DNA of 64,000 bases from Chlamydiae bacterium CG10_big_fil_rev_8_21_14_0_10_42_34 (GCA_002773795.1 PFAD01000008.1:206481-270480), one strand, 5' to 3'. Positions 8,277-17,856 are shown, numbered from the stretch's first letter. Notes: a model not told the origin generated them from the sequence alone. Made by a program: numbers and translations.

Positions 8277-9257
8277 GTGAGTCAGGAGCTTCCGTTTGAT
8301 CCATTTTCGTTTATAGAGGGTCCTCATAAACAGACAATCCTTGGGGCATTTTGTAGTTTTGTCTCAGAGCCTCTTTCAGTACAGAAGTTTATCCTTCTCC
8401 CAGATGGAGATAGGCTGTCTCTTGAGATCACAACGCCTGAGGGTTGGAAATCTACAGATCCTACGGTTGTTATGGTCCATGGTCTTTGTGGTTCTCATAA
8501 ATCTCCCTATCTTGTTCGGTTTGCAAAGCGCTTGGAGTCGATGGGGATTCGAGCTGTTCGATGTAACTTGAGAAACTGTGGATCTGGCTTTGGACATGCG
8601 AAGCATATGTACCATTGCGGGCGTAGTGAGGATATTTTCGAGTGTATAAAAGTGTTAAAAAAAGAGACCCCTGAATCTCCTTTTGTTCTGGCTGGATTTT
8701 CTTTGGGGGGAAATATAGTTCTCAAGCTGGCTGGGGAGCTGGGGTCTTCGGGGTCAGCGTTTTTGGCCGGTGTTATCTCTGTGAGTCCACCTGTTGAGCT
8801 GTACTCAAGTGTAGTCATGTTAGGTAAAGAGGAAAACTCTCTCTATGAGAACTACTTTTATAAACTCCTTCGCGAAGACGTTCACTACCGGCATAATAAA
8901 TATAAAGACTTGCCACGAATAAGACTTCCCAAGGGACTCAAGCTATATGAGTTTGATCAAATTTACACGGCACCAATAAGTGGGTTTAAAAGTGCGTTTG
9001 ATTACTATGATAAGTGTAGCGCCGCAAATGTTGTGGAAGATATTGGTGTGCCTTGTCATATCCTTCTCTCTGAAGATGATCCAATTATCTCCTCCTCTTC
9101 TTTAGACAAATTTTCTCTGCCCTCATATGTAACTGTGTTTAAGACAAAAAAAGGGGGGCATTTGGGCTATTTGGGAAAGTCTGAGGATGGCAAGGGGTAT
9201 TACTGGCTCGACTCAAAGTTAACCGATTGGGTCAAAGGCTTTGTTGGATTGTCTTAA
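8277..9257 (+). CDS. Alpha/beta-fold hydrolase (YheT/ABHD-like)
   Basis: GTG start preceded by AAGGGGTGA. It has VMVHGLCGS, the nucleophile elbow GFSLGGN, and C-terminal SEDDPI...GGHLGY. Confidence 0.7.
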   Translation: MSQELPFDPFSFIEGPHKQTILGAFCSFVSEPLSVQKFILLPDGDRLSLEITTPEGWKSTDPTVVMVHGLCGSHKSPYLVRFAKRLESMGIRAVRCNLRNCGSGFGHAKHMYHCGRSEDIFECIKVLKKETPESPFVLAGFSLGGNIVLKLAGELGSSGSAFLAGVISVSPPVELYSSVVMLGKEENSLYENYFYKLLREDVHYRHNKYKDLPRIRLPKGLKLYEFDQIYTAPISGFKSAFDYYDKCSAANVVEDIGVPCHILLSEDDPIISSSSLDKFSLPSYVTVFKTKKGGHLGYLGKSEDGKGYYWLDSKLTDWVKGFVGLS

Positions 9258-10745
9258 ATTGTTTGAGCTTAGTTCAGAAGGCAATGTTTTCTTTTCGAAC
9301 TCTTTATTGAGCTGTCTGACAGATAAGATCCAGAAGAGGACTGTGCATCCGATAAATGGGAGCAGGAAATGGGTGATAGAAAGGACAGAGCCTGTTCCAA
9401 CAACTTGGATGAGAACAATTTGGATCCAGGCGGCGCCCGATTTTCCAAGTCTTGATCCCACAACATCAATAGCCGCTTTTCCCTTTACTTTAGATTCGTG
9501 ATCCAGCGGGATATAGGACATCTCTTTGGTCGCGTCAAAAAATGCATATTTCATCACTTTTGTTGTAATATTTTGAAACGCCCCAAAGAGGACGATTAGC
9601 AGAAGGGGTGAGGTCCCAAGCAAACTTTGGTTCATAAACAAGAGTAAAAAGACGAGGCTTGTGGCTCCAATTACAATTGGGGGCAGTTGTGCACAAAAGT
9701 GCCAGCCAAGGCGACGAATAAGTATTCCACTAAAGAAAAGTGTGATGATGAAGGAGCAAACGCCAACAGATGAGCTCACTGTGGCCATAAAACCTTGATA
9801 GGCTCCAGTTTCTGGGTAGGCGAGCTTGAGGTTGGCCTTCCAAGTCACTTCTGTCAGGTTGACGGTTAGCCCATATGCGACCACCATGACTGCAATGTAC
9901 CTTAAGTAAGGGGAGCGGACGATAAATTTTAAGCTTTCTAAAAGGGAGAGCTTAGTCTTTTGATTAATAGGTTGTTGATTTTGTTCAGGTTGGTAGAGCC
10001 TTTCGTCTTTCAAGACGCGATGGGTGACATAGAAGTGTAGCGCCATGATCATTACTCCAAAAAAGAGGACGCAGTAGACGAGTCCTTGGAGGGCAAAACC
10101 AAATTCTTCTGCGAGATATTTTCCGGTAAAGTAGCAAACAAGAGGGCCTGTGAACATTTGCGCCAGATCGCCACCGGCAATAAAGAGGTTGTAGCTTCTT
10201 TTTGCCTCGTTGAAATTACAGATATGATTGACAAATCCCCAGAAGAGTAAAAAAATGACTATGCTTCCCCAAAGTTCTGCCGTCACGAAGAAAAGGGACT
10301 GAATCCAGTTGCGGTAGATGGCGACCCAGTGGGCATTTTCCTGTCCTATTTTGCTCAAGAGCCAGTCGGCCGATTCATGAGGGGATAGGGCGTCTAAGTT
10401 TGGGTAGAGGACAAATCCATACAGGAACACAAACGACATGAAGAAGAGGATGATTCCATAAAATAAACTTGAGCGACTGAAGGTATTCGCAAGTTTTGAG
10501 TAAAGAAGGGTGGCCCCGAGGGCTATGGGGAGAACGACCCAGCCTTTAAGAACGGGAATTACTTCAGCACCAGATCCTTTAGCTGTAACAACAAAGGCAT
10601 CCTTCATGGTGGTCAAAACACCATAGGTGAAGGAAATAAAAAATTTCATGAAAAGAAGAGGGAGGATCTTTTTGAGTTCGTACGCGTTAATTGGCCAGAG
10701 GCGCTGTCGCCATCTAGTCAGTGGAGATATATCTCCAGATGCCAT
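9219..10745 (-). CDS. ntt: NTT/Tlc family nucleotide (ATP/ADP) translocase
   Basis: The N-terminal LWPINAYELKKILPLLFMKFFISFTYGVLTTMKDAFVVTAKGSGAEVIP closely matches chlamydial/rickettsial Npt/Tlc carriers. It has about 12 TM segments. Confidence 0.9.
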   Translation of the reverse strand: MASGDISPLTRWRQRLWPINAYELKKILPLLFMKFFISFTYGVLTTMKDAFVVTAKGSGAEVIPVLKGWVVLPIALGATLLYSKLANTFSRSSLFYGIILFFMSFVFLYGFVLYPNLDALSPHESADWLLSKIGQENAHWVAIYRNWIQSLFFVTAELWGSIVIFLLFWGFVNHICNFNEAKRSYNLFIAGGDLAQMFTGPLVCYFTGKYLAEEFGFALQGLVYCVLFFGVMIMALHFYVTHRVLKDERLYQPEQNQQPINQKTKLSLLESLKFIVRSPYLRYIAVMVVAYGLTVNLTEVTWKANLKLAYPETGAYQGFMATVSSSVGVCSFIITLFFSGILIRRLGWHFCAQLPPIVIGATSLVFLLLFMNQSLLGTSPLLLIVLFGAFQNITTKVMKYAFFDATKEMSYIPLDHESKVKGKAAIDVVGSRLGKSGAAWIQIVLIQVVGTGSVLSITHFLLPFIGCTVLFWILSVRQLNKEFEKKTLPSELSSNNLRQSNKAFDPIG

Positions 10746-10868
10746 CTAAAAAGTCCAAGAGCTAATTCTCTAGAACTTATAACCGATAAGCCATATAAAT
10801 GTCACCGGCAAAGATATTAAAAAAATGTTTTTGCTATTCTTTGCCCGATCCACGTAAAGGGGAGCAAT

Positions 10869-11924
10869 TTAAGTTTGTAAAAGGGATTCTTTCTGAATTG
10901 TTTTAAGAATCCTTTTCCATTCGCGCCAGTCCTCTTTGAGACTTTTTTTCAAAGTGCGAATTTGCGCTCGATCAAGCATTGCCTGCAATTGGATAAGTTT
11001 TTGAGATAAGTTTTCAGCAATTTCAGATACTTTTTTGGAGTAGAACGGGTCTCTTAGGTGCTGAATGAGTTCCTCTTTGTGCTGAAGGATGAGCGCTCGG
11101 GTGATTCGGTAATTATTGACCCTTTTTAAATCATGCGCAAGGCCAAGCTTGTTCAGTGTCCAGATGAGCCACTTTGCTGGGTCGAAGTGGTACCAGCGGA
11201 TTCCATTGCGGTAATCGTAGGCAAATGTGTGGTGATAGTTATGATATCCTTCGCCGTAAGTTAAAAGGGAAATTAAGTAGTTATCAACAGCTGTGTGTTC
11301 TTTGCTGTAATTTTGAGAGCCCCAATAGTGGGCAAGAGAGTTGATGCACCATGTTGTGTGGTGGAGGAGAAAAAGACGAACCCACCATGCAAACATAAAT
11401 GCACCGAGATAGTCTTTGAAAAACGAGCCTACTGCAACAAACGATAATACGTTTGCGCCGATCATGCACCAAACGTAATATTTGTGCTGAAAAGCGACCA
11501 TTTTGTTTTTTGAAAGATCTGAAACGATTTTTGGATCGATGGGGGTTGTTCTGAAAAACATCCAAAGGATATGTGCGTGCCACATCCCTTTTTTCACAGT
11601 GTAGGGATCTTTATCTGTGTCCACAAAAGCGTGATGGAGACGGTGATCATTTGCCCAACGTAGAGCGCTTCCTTGTGTTGCCACACTCCCAAAAAAAAGT
11701 AAAATGGCCTCAATGATTGGGTGGGTCTTGTAGCAAGTATGCGAGTAGAGTCTATGATAGCCTGTTGTAATAGCCATCCCTGAAACAAAAACCAGGAGAA
11801 GAGATGTAAGAACCAATCCAAGCGATGGAGTGTAGTTCATCAAATAAATGGGTAAGGCTATTGCTAAAAAGAGGTGATATCCTGAGATGTAGAGGAATAC
11901 GGGCCAACAAACTTTTTTACTCAT
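10869..11924 (-). CDS. Membrane acyl-CoA/acyl-lipid delta-9 fatty acid desaturase
   Basis: Three His boxes are present: HRLYSH, HRLHH and HNYHH. The N-terminus is hydrophobic and the C-terminal extension looks coiled-coil-like. Confidence 0.85.
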   Translation of the reverse strand: MSKKVCWPVFLYISGYHLFLAIALPIYLMNYTPSLGLVLTSLLLVFVSGMAITTGYHRLYSHTCYKTHPIIEAILLFFGSVATQGSALRWANDHRLHHAFVDTDKDPYTVKKGMWHAHILWMFFRTTPIDPKIVSDLSKNKMVAFQHKYYVWCMIGANVLSFVAVGSFFKDYLGAFMFAWWVRLFLLHHTTWCINSLAHYWGSQNYSKEHTAVDNYLISLLTYGEGYHNYHHTFAYDYRNGIRWYHFDPAKWLIWTLNKLGLAHDLKRVNNYRITRALILQHKEELIQHLRDPFYSKKVSEIAENLSQKLIQLQAMLDRAQIRTLKKSLKEDWREWKRILKTIQKESLLQT

Positions 11925-11939
11925 AGTGTACCATCGTAG

Positions 11940-12302
11940 TTAGTTTTGAAGTAAAAGGGTGATAGAATGAACGCTATATCTAAGCCCTTTGGGGGGAGGG
12001 CCGTCGTTGAAAACATGTCCCAAATGAGAGTCGCACTTTCTGCAAAGGACTTCATATCGCTTAAAGGGAAGGTTGTTGTCTTCAAGGTAGTATACACTTT
12101 TCGGGTTTATTGGCTTTCGAAAACTCGGCCATCCGGAACCTGAGTCATATTTGTCTTCAGAGAGAAATAGCTCGTTTTTACATTGAGCACAAAGATATGT
12201 TCCATGCGACGTTTCATAGAGATAGGCGCCGCTAAAAGCTCTTTCGGTCTGATTCTGCTGCGCTGTGCTGAGGGATAAAAGAATCATCAACAAAAATACC
12301 AT
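11940..12302 (-). CDS. msrB: MsrB-fold (SelR) protein with signal peptide, catalytic Cys replaced by Ser
   Basis: The zinc CxxC pairs (CAQC, CRKC), GWPSF and HLGHVFNDGP are conserved. DSGCGWPSF reads DSGSGWPSF (TCC) and RYC(I/V)NS reads RYSVHS (AGC). Confidence 0.75.
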   Translation of the reverse strand: MVFLLMILLSLSTAQQNQTERAFSGAYLYETSHGTYLCAQCKNELFLSEDKYDSGSGWPSFRKPINPKSVYYLEDNNLPFKRYEVLCRKCDSHLGHVFNDGPPPKGLRYSVHSITLLLQN

Positions 12303-12331
12303 AATTTCTATATAGTAGGGTGAGGTGATTT

Positions 12332-12667
12332 ATGGAAGAGATGATTGAAGCTCGTGTGCCCGCAGAACTTGTTTGGGATGCATGGGAGAAAAAGTTAGAA
12401 AAAGGTCTCGATAAGAAGCTACGATACCAGGTTTTAGAAGTTAAAAAAGGGGAGAGCTTTTCTATTTTGTGGAAGACCCTTTTTGTGAAAATGATTTTTA
12501 TTCACAGCGTAAAGCCCACTGAAAAAGGTTCTCAAATTCACTACAAAGTACAAATTAAGGGGCTTTTTTCGCTCCCGGTTCGCTGGTTACTCGGCGCTAA
12601 AATCAAAAAGAATCTAAGCTTTGTTCTCAAATCCATTGTGCGTGAGCTCGAGAGTAAAAGAGTTTAG
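12332..12667 (+). CDS. Small hypothetical protein, possibly SRPBCC/START-like
   Basis: 111-aa unopposed ORF. The size and alternating pattern suggest the fold, but the motif support is weak. Confidence 0.35.
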   Translation: MEEMIEARVPAELVWDAWEKKLEKGLDKKLRYQVLEVKKGESFSILWKTLFVKMIFIHSVKPTEKGSQIHYKVQIKGLFSLPVRWLLGAKIKKNLSFVLKSIVRELESKRV

Positions 12668-13938
12668 AATCTTAGCGAGTAGTAGATTCTAGCTGTAGGT
12701 GATTTCCTAAGCGCATATCCTGGCAAAAATCCGCTAGATTTATATCCCAGTTCTGCTTCGAACCCAGATTTGTTTTGGTAGGCGATCACAATTGATCCCG
12801 CGCCGCCAAATCTCATGTCGTGTTGCTGACTGTAGGAGTAAAGGGGGTTATTCTTGTCTGGTTTTGCATCAAAGTCAATTTGTGAAAAGGGGATTGAGGT
12901 GGGAGTTAATAGAAGTTTTGGTTGTCTCCACGCATCAAATCGAAGTCCGATAAACCATTTTTTCAGAGACCAAAGTTTGGGCGCATAGAGGCCTAAACCT
13001 GCATATTTATTTTGCGAGTGATGCCCCCCTTTTAGATAGAAATAGATAGGCTTATGACCTTTCAATAAATAGTTTTCGATGAAATATTCGGGCCCAAAAG
13101 GGGTGAGTCCTAAACGAACAGTGGGTAGATATCCAAAGTCGTAAATAGGAATCATAGGGATGTGGGTCTCTTTTCCGCAGACGACATATCGAAACCAAGC
13201 ATAAACCGAGTAGTAGGTGAAGGGATCTGCTAAATTAATCCATGAGAGGGCTTTCAGCTTTGATTTGCTTAAGAAGTGATTGGTGTAAGTTTGGTTTAGT
13301 GATTTAATATACATATGAATGTCATGACCATCCAGTTCTTCATCGTTTGTGTCTAAAGTGCCAATGTAGAGATTTAGGTCGTGTTGGGAGAGGAGATAAA
13401 GGGCTGTTGTGCGAGGGTCGATCCAATTTGACTCGAGCCATTTGAATTTTGTAAGCTGCGCTAAAATTGCGGTGGACTCAACACCTGCCGATGAGATGGT
13501 GTTTTCTTCTGTTGTAGTTAGACGCTCGCCAATATGATATCCGGTGGCGCCGCCTCCAGAGCCGTAAGGAGGGGGAACTTCAATGCTATAGCCATCAACT
13601 TTAGCCCGTCCTCGATGGATGTCTCGGATTCGGTATCCATGGCCAAAAACTTCGTGCTGCGCAACTGTTGCGAGATAGTTTAGAGGTAGCCACCCCAAAA
13701 AAAGCTCATTGATTCTCCAAAAGCGAGCGCTAGGGGATAATGAGTAACAAATCTCACCCTTAGCAATATAATAACCCTCAGCTCTTTCGACAGCGCGGTT
13801 TAAAAAAAGGAGATTTTCTCCTCCGGCATAGGGAGAAAAATGGATGTCCCAGCCTGCGTGGTAGGTTGCTTTGTGAAATTGCTGCACTGGACATGTAGCA
13901 ATGAGAACTGCCGGGAGAAAAAGTAGGTGGCGAAACAT
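12664..13938 (-). CDS. Exported protein with HExxH motif and beta-barrel-like C-terminus
   Basis: Signal peptide MFRHLLFLPAVLIATC and an HEVFGH metallopeptidase-like motif. The C-terminal half is rich in aromatic/alternating residues and ends ...RIYYSLRF (terminal Phe). Confidence 0.5.
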   Translation of the reverse strand: MFRHLLFLPAVLIATCPVQQFHKATYHAGWDIHFSPYAGGENLLFLNRAVERAEGYYIAKGEICYSLSPSARFWRINELFLGWLPLNYLATVAQHEVFGHGYRIRDIHRGRAKVDGYSIEVPPPYGSGGGATGYHIGERLTTTEENTISSAGVESTAILAQLTKFKWLESNWIDPRTTALYLLSQHDLNLYIGTLDTNDEELDGHDIHMYIKSLNQTYTNHFLSKSKLKALSWINLADPFTYYSVYAWFRYVVCGKETHIPMIPIYDFGYLPTVRLGLTPFGPEYFIENYLLKGHKPIYFYLKGGHHSQNKYAGLGLYAPKLWSLKKWFIGLRFDAWRQPKLLLTPTSIPFSQIDFDAKPDKNNPLYSYSQQHDMRFGGAGSIVIAYQNKSGFEAELGYKSSGFLPGYALRKSPTARIYYSLRF

Positions 13939-13939
13939 T

Positions 13940-14140
13940 TTATACGGCTTTTACATGAATTGCTTCAGGGCCTTTTCTTCCCATCGACTCTTCATATTCA
14001 ACCCGCTGTCCATCTGATAGGTCGTTGTTAGGCGTCTCAACGTTTAAAACTTGCACGTAAAGATCCCTTCCCCCTTCATCAGGCATGATGAAGCCAAACC
14101 CTTTGTCTTTATTGTACCACTTAACTGTACCTTTTGGCAT
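13940..14140 (-). CDS. cspA: Cold-shock protein (CspA family)
   Basis: It contains GTVKWYNKDKGFGFI (RNP1). I start it at MPKG because GGAGG lies 5 nt upstream of that ATG. Confidence 0.85.
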   Translation of the reverse strand: MPKGTVKWYNKDKGFGFIMPDEGGRDLYVQVLNVETPNNDLSDGQRVEYEESMGRKGPEAIHVKAV

Positions 14141-14186
14141 AGATACCTCCATGACTGCAATCTAGCAAGGCAGTAGGAAGTTGTCA

Positions 14187-15473
14187 CTAAAATTCAAAAT
14201 CGTCCGTCGTCAAGATGCCTGTCTCTTTTTCGCTTCGAGCTACGAGTACTGCGCAGCAACTGTCGCTAAACACGTTAACCGTTGTGCGGCACATGTCTAG
14301 GAGTCTGTCGACGGCGATAAAAAGGCCGATGCCTTCTGCTGGCAAGCCGATGACTTTGAGGATAATGATGATGGCAACAAGGCTTGCTGATGGAATTCCA
14401 GCGACTCCAACTGATGTGATTAGAGCCATAAAGACAATGATAAATTGGGTGCTAAAAGAGAGGTCAATTCCGTAGGCTTGTGCAATATACATGGCAGCTA
14501 CACATTCATAAAGTGCAGAGCCTGACATATTGATTGAAGTGCCAAGGGGGATCACTAAGCTACAAATTTTATTAGAAACACCAGCCCGTTTTTCGACGCA
14601 ATCAATGGTGATTGGTAGCGTTGCCGAAGAAGAGCTTGTTGAAAAAGCGGTTACTAACGCGGGCGCCATCGCTTTAAAGTGGCGAATTGGGCTCACTCGG
14701 GCGATGAATTTTAACAAAAACGACATCGCACCAAGCATAAAAGTAGCAAGCGCTAAAAGCACAGTGATTGTAAATAGGGCGACTGCCGCAAGCGAGCTTA
14801 CCCCGGTTGTCATAAAGACTTTTGTCACTAAGCAAAAGACACCGAGGGGTAATACTTTCATAATCACGTGGGTGACTTGAATCATCGTTTGAAATACCCC
14901 TTGAAAAAAGTCTTGCAGAGCTTTTGCGGGGCCATCTTCAATTTTTGAAATTGAGTATCCAAAAAGGAGACTAAAGAAAATAAGTCCAAGCATTTCACCA
15001 TGAGAAAAGGCTGCAAGTACATTCGACGGGACAATTGAAATGAGTACATTGACTAAAGTAGAGCCTTCCTTATGCCCGATGCTCTCTTTAAGGGCGGTAA
15101 GCTCCTGTAGTTCTGTTCCCGATGAAGGGGGGCTAATGTGCGATGCTCCAGGATTGATGACATTGACGAAGAATAGTCCGATCAAAATAGCAACGAGACT
15201 TGTCGAGAAGTAAAATGCGAACATTTTACCGCCTAAACGGCCAAATCCACCCTCTTTGCCGATGCGTGCAATTCCTGTGATAATTGACGAAGAGACAAGG
15301 GGGACGACAACGAGCGTTAAGGCGTTTAAAAAAATAGTTCCTAGGACATCAAAGGTTGCATAAAGGCTAATGCCGAAAACAGTGGCATCTTTACCTATCC
15401 ATGTCCCAAATATCACTGCTAAAATAATTGCAATAAATACAGGCCAAGGGCGTTTGTGCTTTTTCTTATGCAT
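14187..15473 (-). CDS. Dicarboxylate/amino acid:cation symporter (DAACS, GltP/GltT-like)
   Basis: Family motifs are present: SSSATLPIT, GTSINMSGSALY and DRLLDMCRTTVNVFSD. Confidence 0.85.
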   Translation of the reverse strand: MHKKKHKRPWPVFIAIILAVIFGTWIGKDATVFGISLYATFDVLGTIFLNALTLVVVPLVSSSIITGIARIGKEGGFGRLGGKMFAFYFSTSLVAILIGLFFVNVINPGASHISPPSSGTELQELTALKESIGHKEGSTLVNVLISIVPSNVLAAFSHGEMLGLIFFSLLFGYSISKIEDGPAKALQDFFQGVFQTMIQVTHVIMKVLPLGVFCLVTKVFMTTGVSSLAAVALFTITVLLALATFMLGAMSFLLKFIARVSPIRHFKAMAPALVTAFSTSSSSATLPITIDCVEKRAGVSNKICSLVIPLGTSINMSGSALYECVAAMYIAQAYGIDLSFSTQFIIVFMALITSVGVAGIPSASLVAIIIILKVIGLPAEGIGLFIAVDRLLDMCRTTVNVFSDSCCAVLVARSEKETGILTTDDFEF

Positions 15474-15492
15474 ATTTTGACTCCAAATAGAT

Positions 15493-15933
15493 TCATTCTA
15501 TCGGATTTGTTTGATCTAGGAAAGTAAATTTTGTACCGCGGTCAATTCCATGTTTCTCGAACCAGCCTAATGGAACTTCTAACGCGTAAAGGGCAGGAGC
15601 GGTGCTTCTGTACCTAATTAGAGTTTTCCCAATGGGTAGCTCCATGTCTAAAACGTTAATGCAAGTTTTGTTTGCATCGAAAAAAGCGATTGAAAGGGGA
15701 ATGAGGGTGTTTTTCATCCAAAAAACAAGACGTTGTTCTTTTTCATAAATAAAGAGCATACCGTGGCCATCGGCAAGATACTCTCTTCCCATAAGCCCTT
15801 CTGCCCTCGTTTCATGGGTTTTGGCTATTTCTACCGTAAGAATTTCGTTTCCAACTTGAATTTGTGTTGCAAATGCAAAAGAAAAAGCCAGAAAAAAAAT
15901 GGATCTATACATATGATGCGCATCATATGACAA
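15493..15933 (-). CDS. DUF192 family protein (exported)
   Basis: N-terminal hydrophobic segment. GLMGRE...GMLFIY...FWMKNTLIPLSIAFFD...YALEVPLGW matches the DUF192/COG1430 pattern. Confidence 0.6.
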   Translation of the reverse strand: MSYDAHHMYRSIFFLAFSFAFATQIQVGNEILTVEIAKTHETRAEGLMGREYLADGHGMLFIYEKEQRLVFWMKNTLIPLSIAFFDANKTCINVLDMELPIGKTLIRYRSTAPALYALEVPLGWFEKHGIDRGTKFTFLDQTNPIE

Positions 15934-16904
15934 AACTATTTTTTTGGGGAGTTCTGCTTTGTTTATTTTCCCTTTTTGCAGACAAGGCTAACTTTTCGCC
16001 AAGTTTAGAGTTGCCAAGCGAGATTCAGATTCAAACCCCTTGGTTAACAGGCCCCCTATTTGCCCCGTCTGGAACAACGATCCCAGCAGGTCACTACAAC
16101 ATTGAGCCTTACGTTTTTGCCCTTGCAAATACAGCTAACTATGACTCGAACTGGGGAACAAAGGATATGCAAACCTTTTGGGGTAATTACACGCAAACTT
16201 CGATTCAGGTGGGGTTAAATAAATGGCTTGATTGCCAGATCAATCCGACCATTTATTATAACGTTACAAAGGGTGCGGCTCAGTGGGCAATTGGCGATAT
16301 GCCTGTTGGATTTGACATCCAGCTTTACCGAAGTGGTGTGAAGCTTACCGATTGGATTCACTCCGTCAAGCTCATCTTATTGGAAACAATCCCAATTGGT
16401 AATTACCAAAAGCTTAACCCAAACAAACTTAAGACAGATGTTGGCGGCGCCGGGTCATGGCAAACAGCGATTGGTCTTGCTTGGGGGAACCTTTGGTATA
16501 TTGGAAACAAACATTTCTACACGGCTCGCTTTACTTGCCAATATACTCTTCCTTCTCCGGTGAGTGTGAAGGGGGTAAATGCTTATGGCGGGGGGGCTCA
16601 AACTAAAGGTACAGTTTACCCAGCTCAAAAATTCCAGGTAGACATTGGGATGGAATTCACCCTCACCCAAAACTGGGTCCTTGCGATGGATCTCATCGGT
16701 GCATGGTTTGGGGAAACTCGCTTTAAAGGGGAGACCTTTGTCTCAAACACTGCGCCACCGGGCGCGCAATTTAGCATAGCTCCTGCAATTGAGTACAATT
16801 GGAATGAGAATGTAGGAATTGTCTTTGGGCCTTGGTTTACCATATCAGGGCGCAATGCCCTCCAGTTCCGAAGTGGTGTAATTGCGTTTAACTATTATAA
16901 ATAA
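15927..16904 (+). CDS. Putative outer membrane beta-barrel protein
   Basis: I start it at the internal ATG (MTKLFFWGVLLCLFSLFA signal peptide), which avoids overlapping the divergent gene. It is Gly/aromatic-rich with alternating strands. Confidence 0.5.
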   Translation: MTKLFFWGVLLCLFSLFADKANFSPSLELPSEIQIQTPWLTGPLFAPSGTTIPAGHYNIEPYVFALANTANYDSNWGTKDMQTFWGNYTQTSIQVGLNKWLDCQINPTIYYNVTKGAAQWAIGDMPVGFDIQLYRSGVKLTDWIHSVKLILLETIPIGNYQKLNPNKLKTDVGGAGSWQTAIGLAWGNLWYIGNKHFYTARFTCQYTLPSPVSVKGVNAYGGGAQTKGTVYPAQKFQVDIGMEFTLTQNWVLAMDLIGAWFGETRFKGETFVSNTAPPGAQFSIAPAIEYNWNENVGIVFGPWFTISGRNALQFRSGVIAFNYYK

Positions 16905-16974
16905 TAATTTTACTACCGTTCTTGTTTAAGGTTGATTGTGTTATAATTTCCGTAAATTAAACTGAGGTTTATTT

Positions 16975-17805
16975 ATGGGTAATATAAGCACTATTTTAGC
17001 TGCACTCTTATGTGCCGCAGCGCCAATAGGATCGGTTGAGATGGTTGATTCAAAAAAATCAATGTCGCAAGCGGATGAGCAATCAGGCAAGCAAGTGGTA
17101 TCATTGGTGCGCAAAGCGTATCAAAATGGAGATTATAACCAATTTTTTAAAGAGATGGATGGGGCATTTTCCCACGCTGATCTCGATGGATTTATCCAGA
17201 TGCGAGCGCAAGATATTCCCTTAGAATTTCAGTTAAAGTGGGAACAAAGATTTACCGATTTGCAAGAGCTGAAAAATAAGGATCTACTAGATGCATTATC
17301 TAGTAAAGACCGTTCTGTTTTTGCAGAAAAAGTGAGATCAATCGCATCAAATATTTCGACCCCGGAACAGCAAAAGGCAATTTCGAAGCTCAATTCTTTC
17401 ATCACAATGGCGCCAAACACTGGTGCAAACGAAGATGAAAATACGTTGATCAAGATTGATTTGGAGTATGAGTATAAGCTTTACCAATCACAGTTTCCGA
17501 CAAGCGATACTTCAACGCAGCAGCGCCATTATCAGCAAATTGCATTGCGGATGCAAAAGATGGATAAAATGCTTGAGGCATCAAAATCATTTAAAGATCA
17601 GTTTTTGAAAAGGGCGGTTCTCCTTGCGTCAAAGAATCTCGATAGCAGATTAGCTCGCAATTTAGATGGGGCAGATCTCAATGCTTTGGTAAAGGGGAAG
17701 GTAAAGCCGACTACTGAACTAGAGGAAAAGGTCTACTCGATTATCTCTTCGTATCAGGGGCAGTTTAACGATCTTATGAAAAATTTAAACAGTGTCTACC
17801 GATAA
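16975..17805 (+). CDS. Secreted hypothetical protein
   Basis: 276 aa with N-terminal signal-like MGNISTILAALLCAAAPIGS. The rest is helical and charged. A terminator hairpin follows. Confidence 0.5.
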   Translation: MGNISTILAALLCAAAPIGSVEMVDSKKSMSQADEQSGKQVVSLVRKAYQNGDYNQFFKEMDGAFSHADLDGFIQMRAQDIPLEFQLKWEQRFTDLQELKNKDLLDALSSKDRSVFAEKVRSIASNISTPEQQKAISKLNSFITMAPNTGANEDENTLIKIDLEYEYKLYQSQFPTSDTSTQQRHYQQIALRMQKMDKMLEASKSFKDQFLKRAVLLASKNLDSRLARNLDGADLNALVKGKVKPTTELEEKVYSIISSYQGQFNDLMKNLNSVYR

Positions 17806-17819
17806 AAGATAGGTTTATA

Positions 17820-17847
17820 GACGCTACGTTTGGGTAGCGTCTTATTT
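17820..17847 (+). terminator. Rho-independent terminator
   Basis: GACGCTAC-GTTTGG-GTAGCGTC hairpin followed by TTATTT, 15 nt after the stop at 17805. Confidence 0.6.
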
Positions 17848-17856
17848 AAGATGTCT

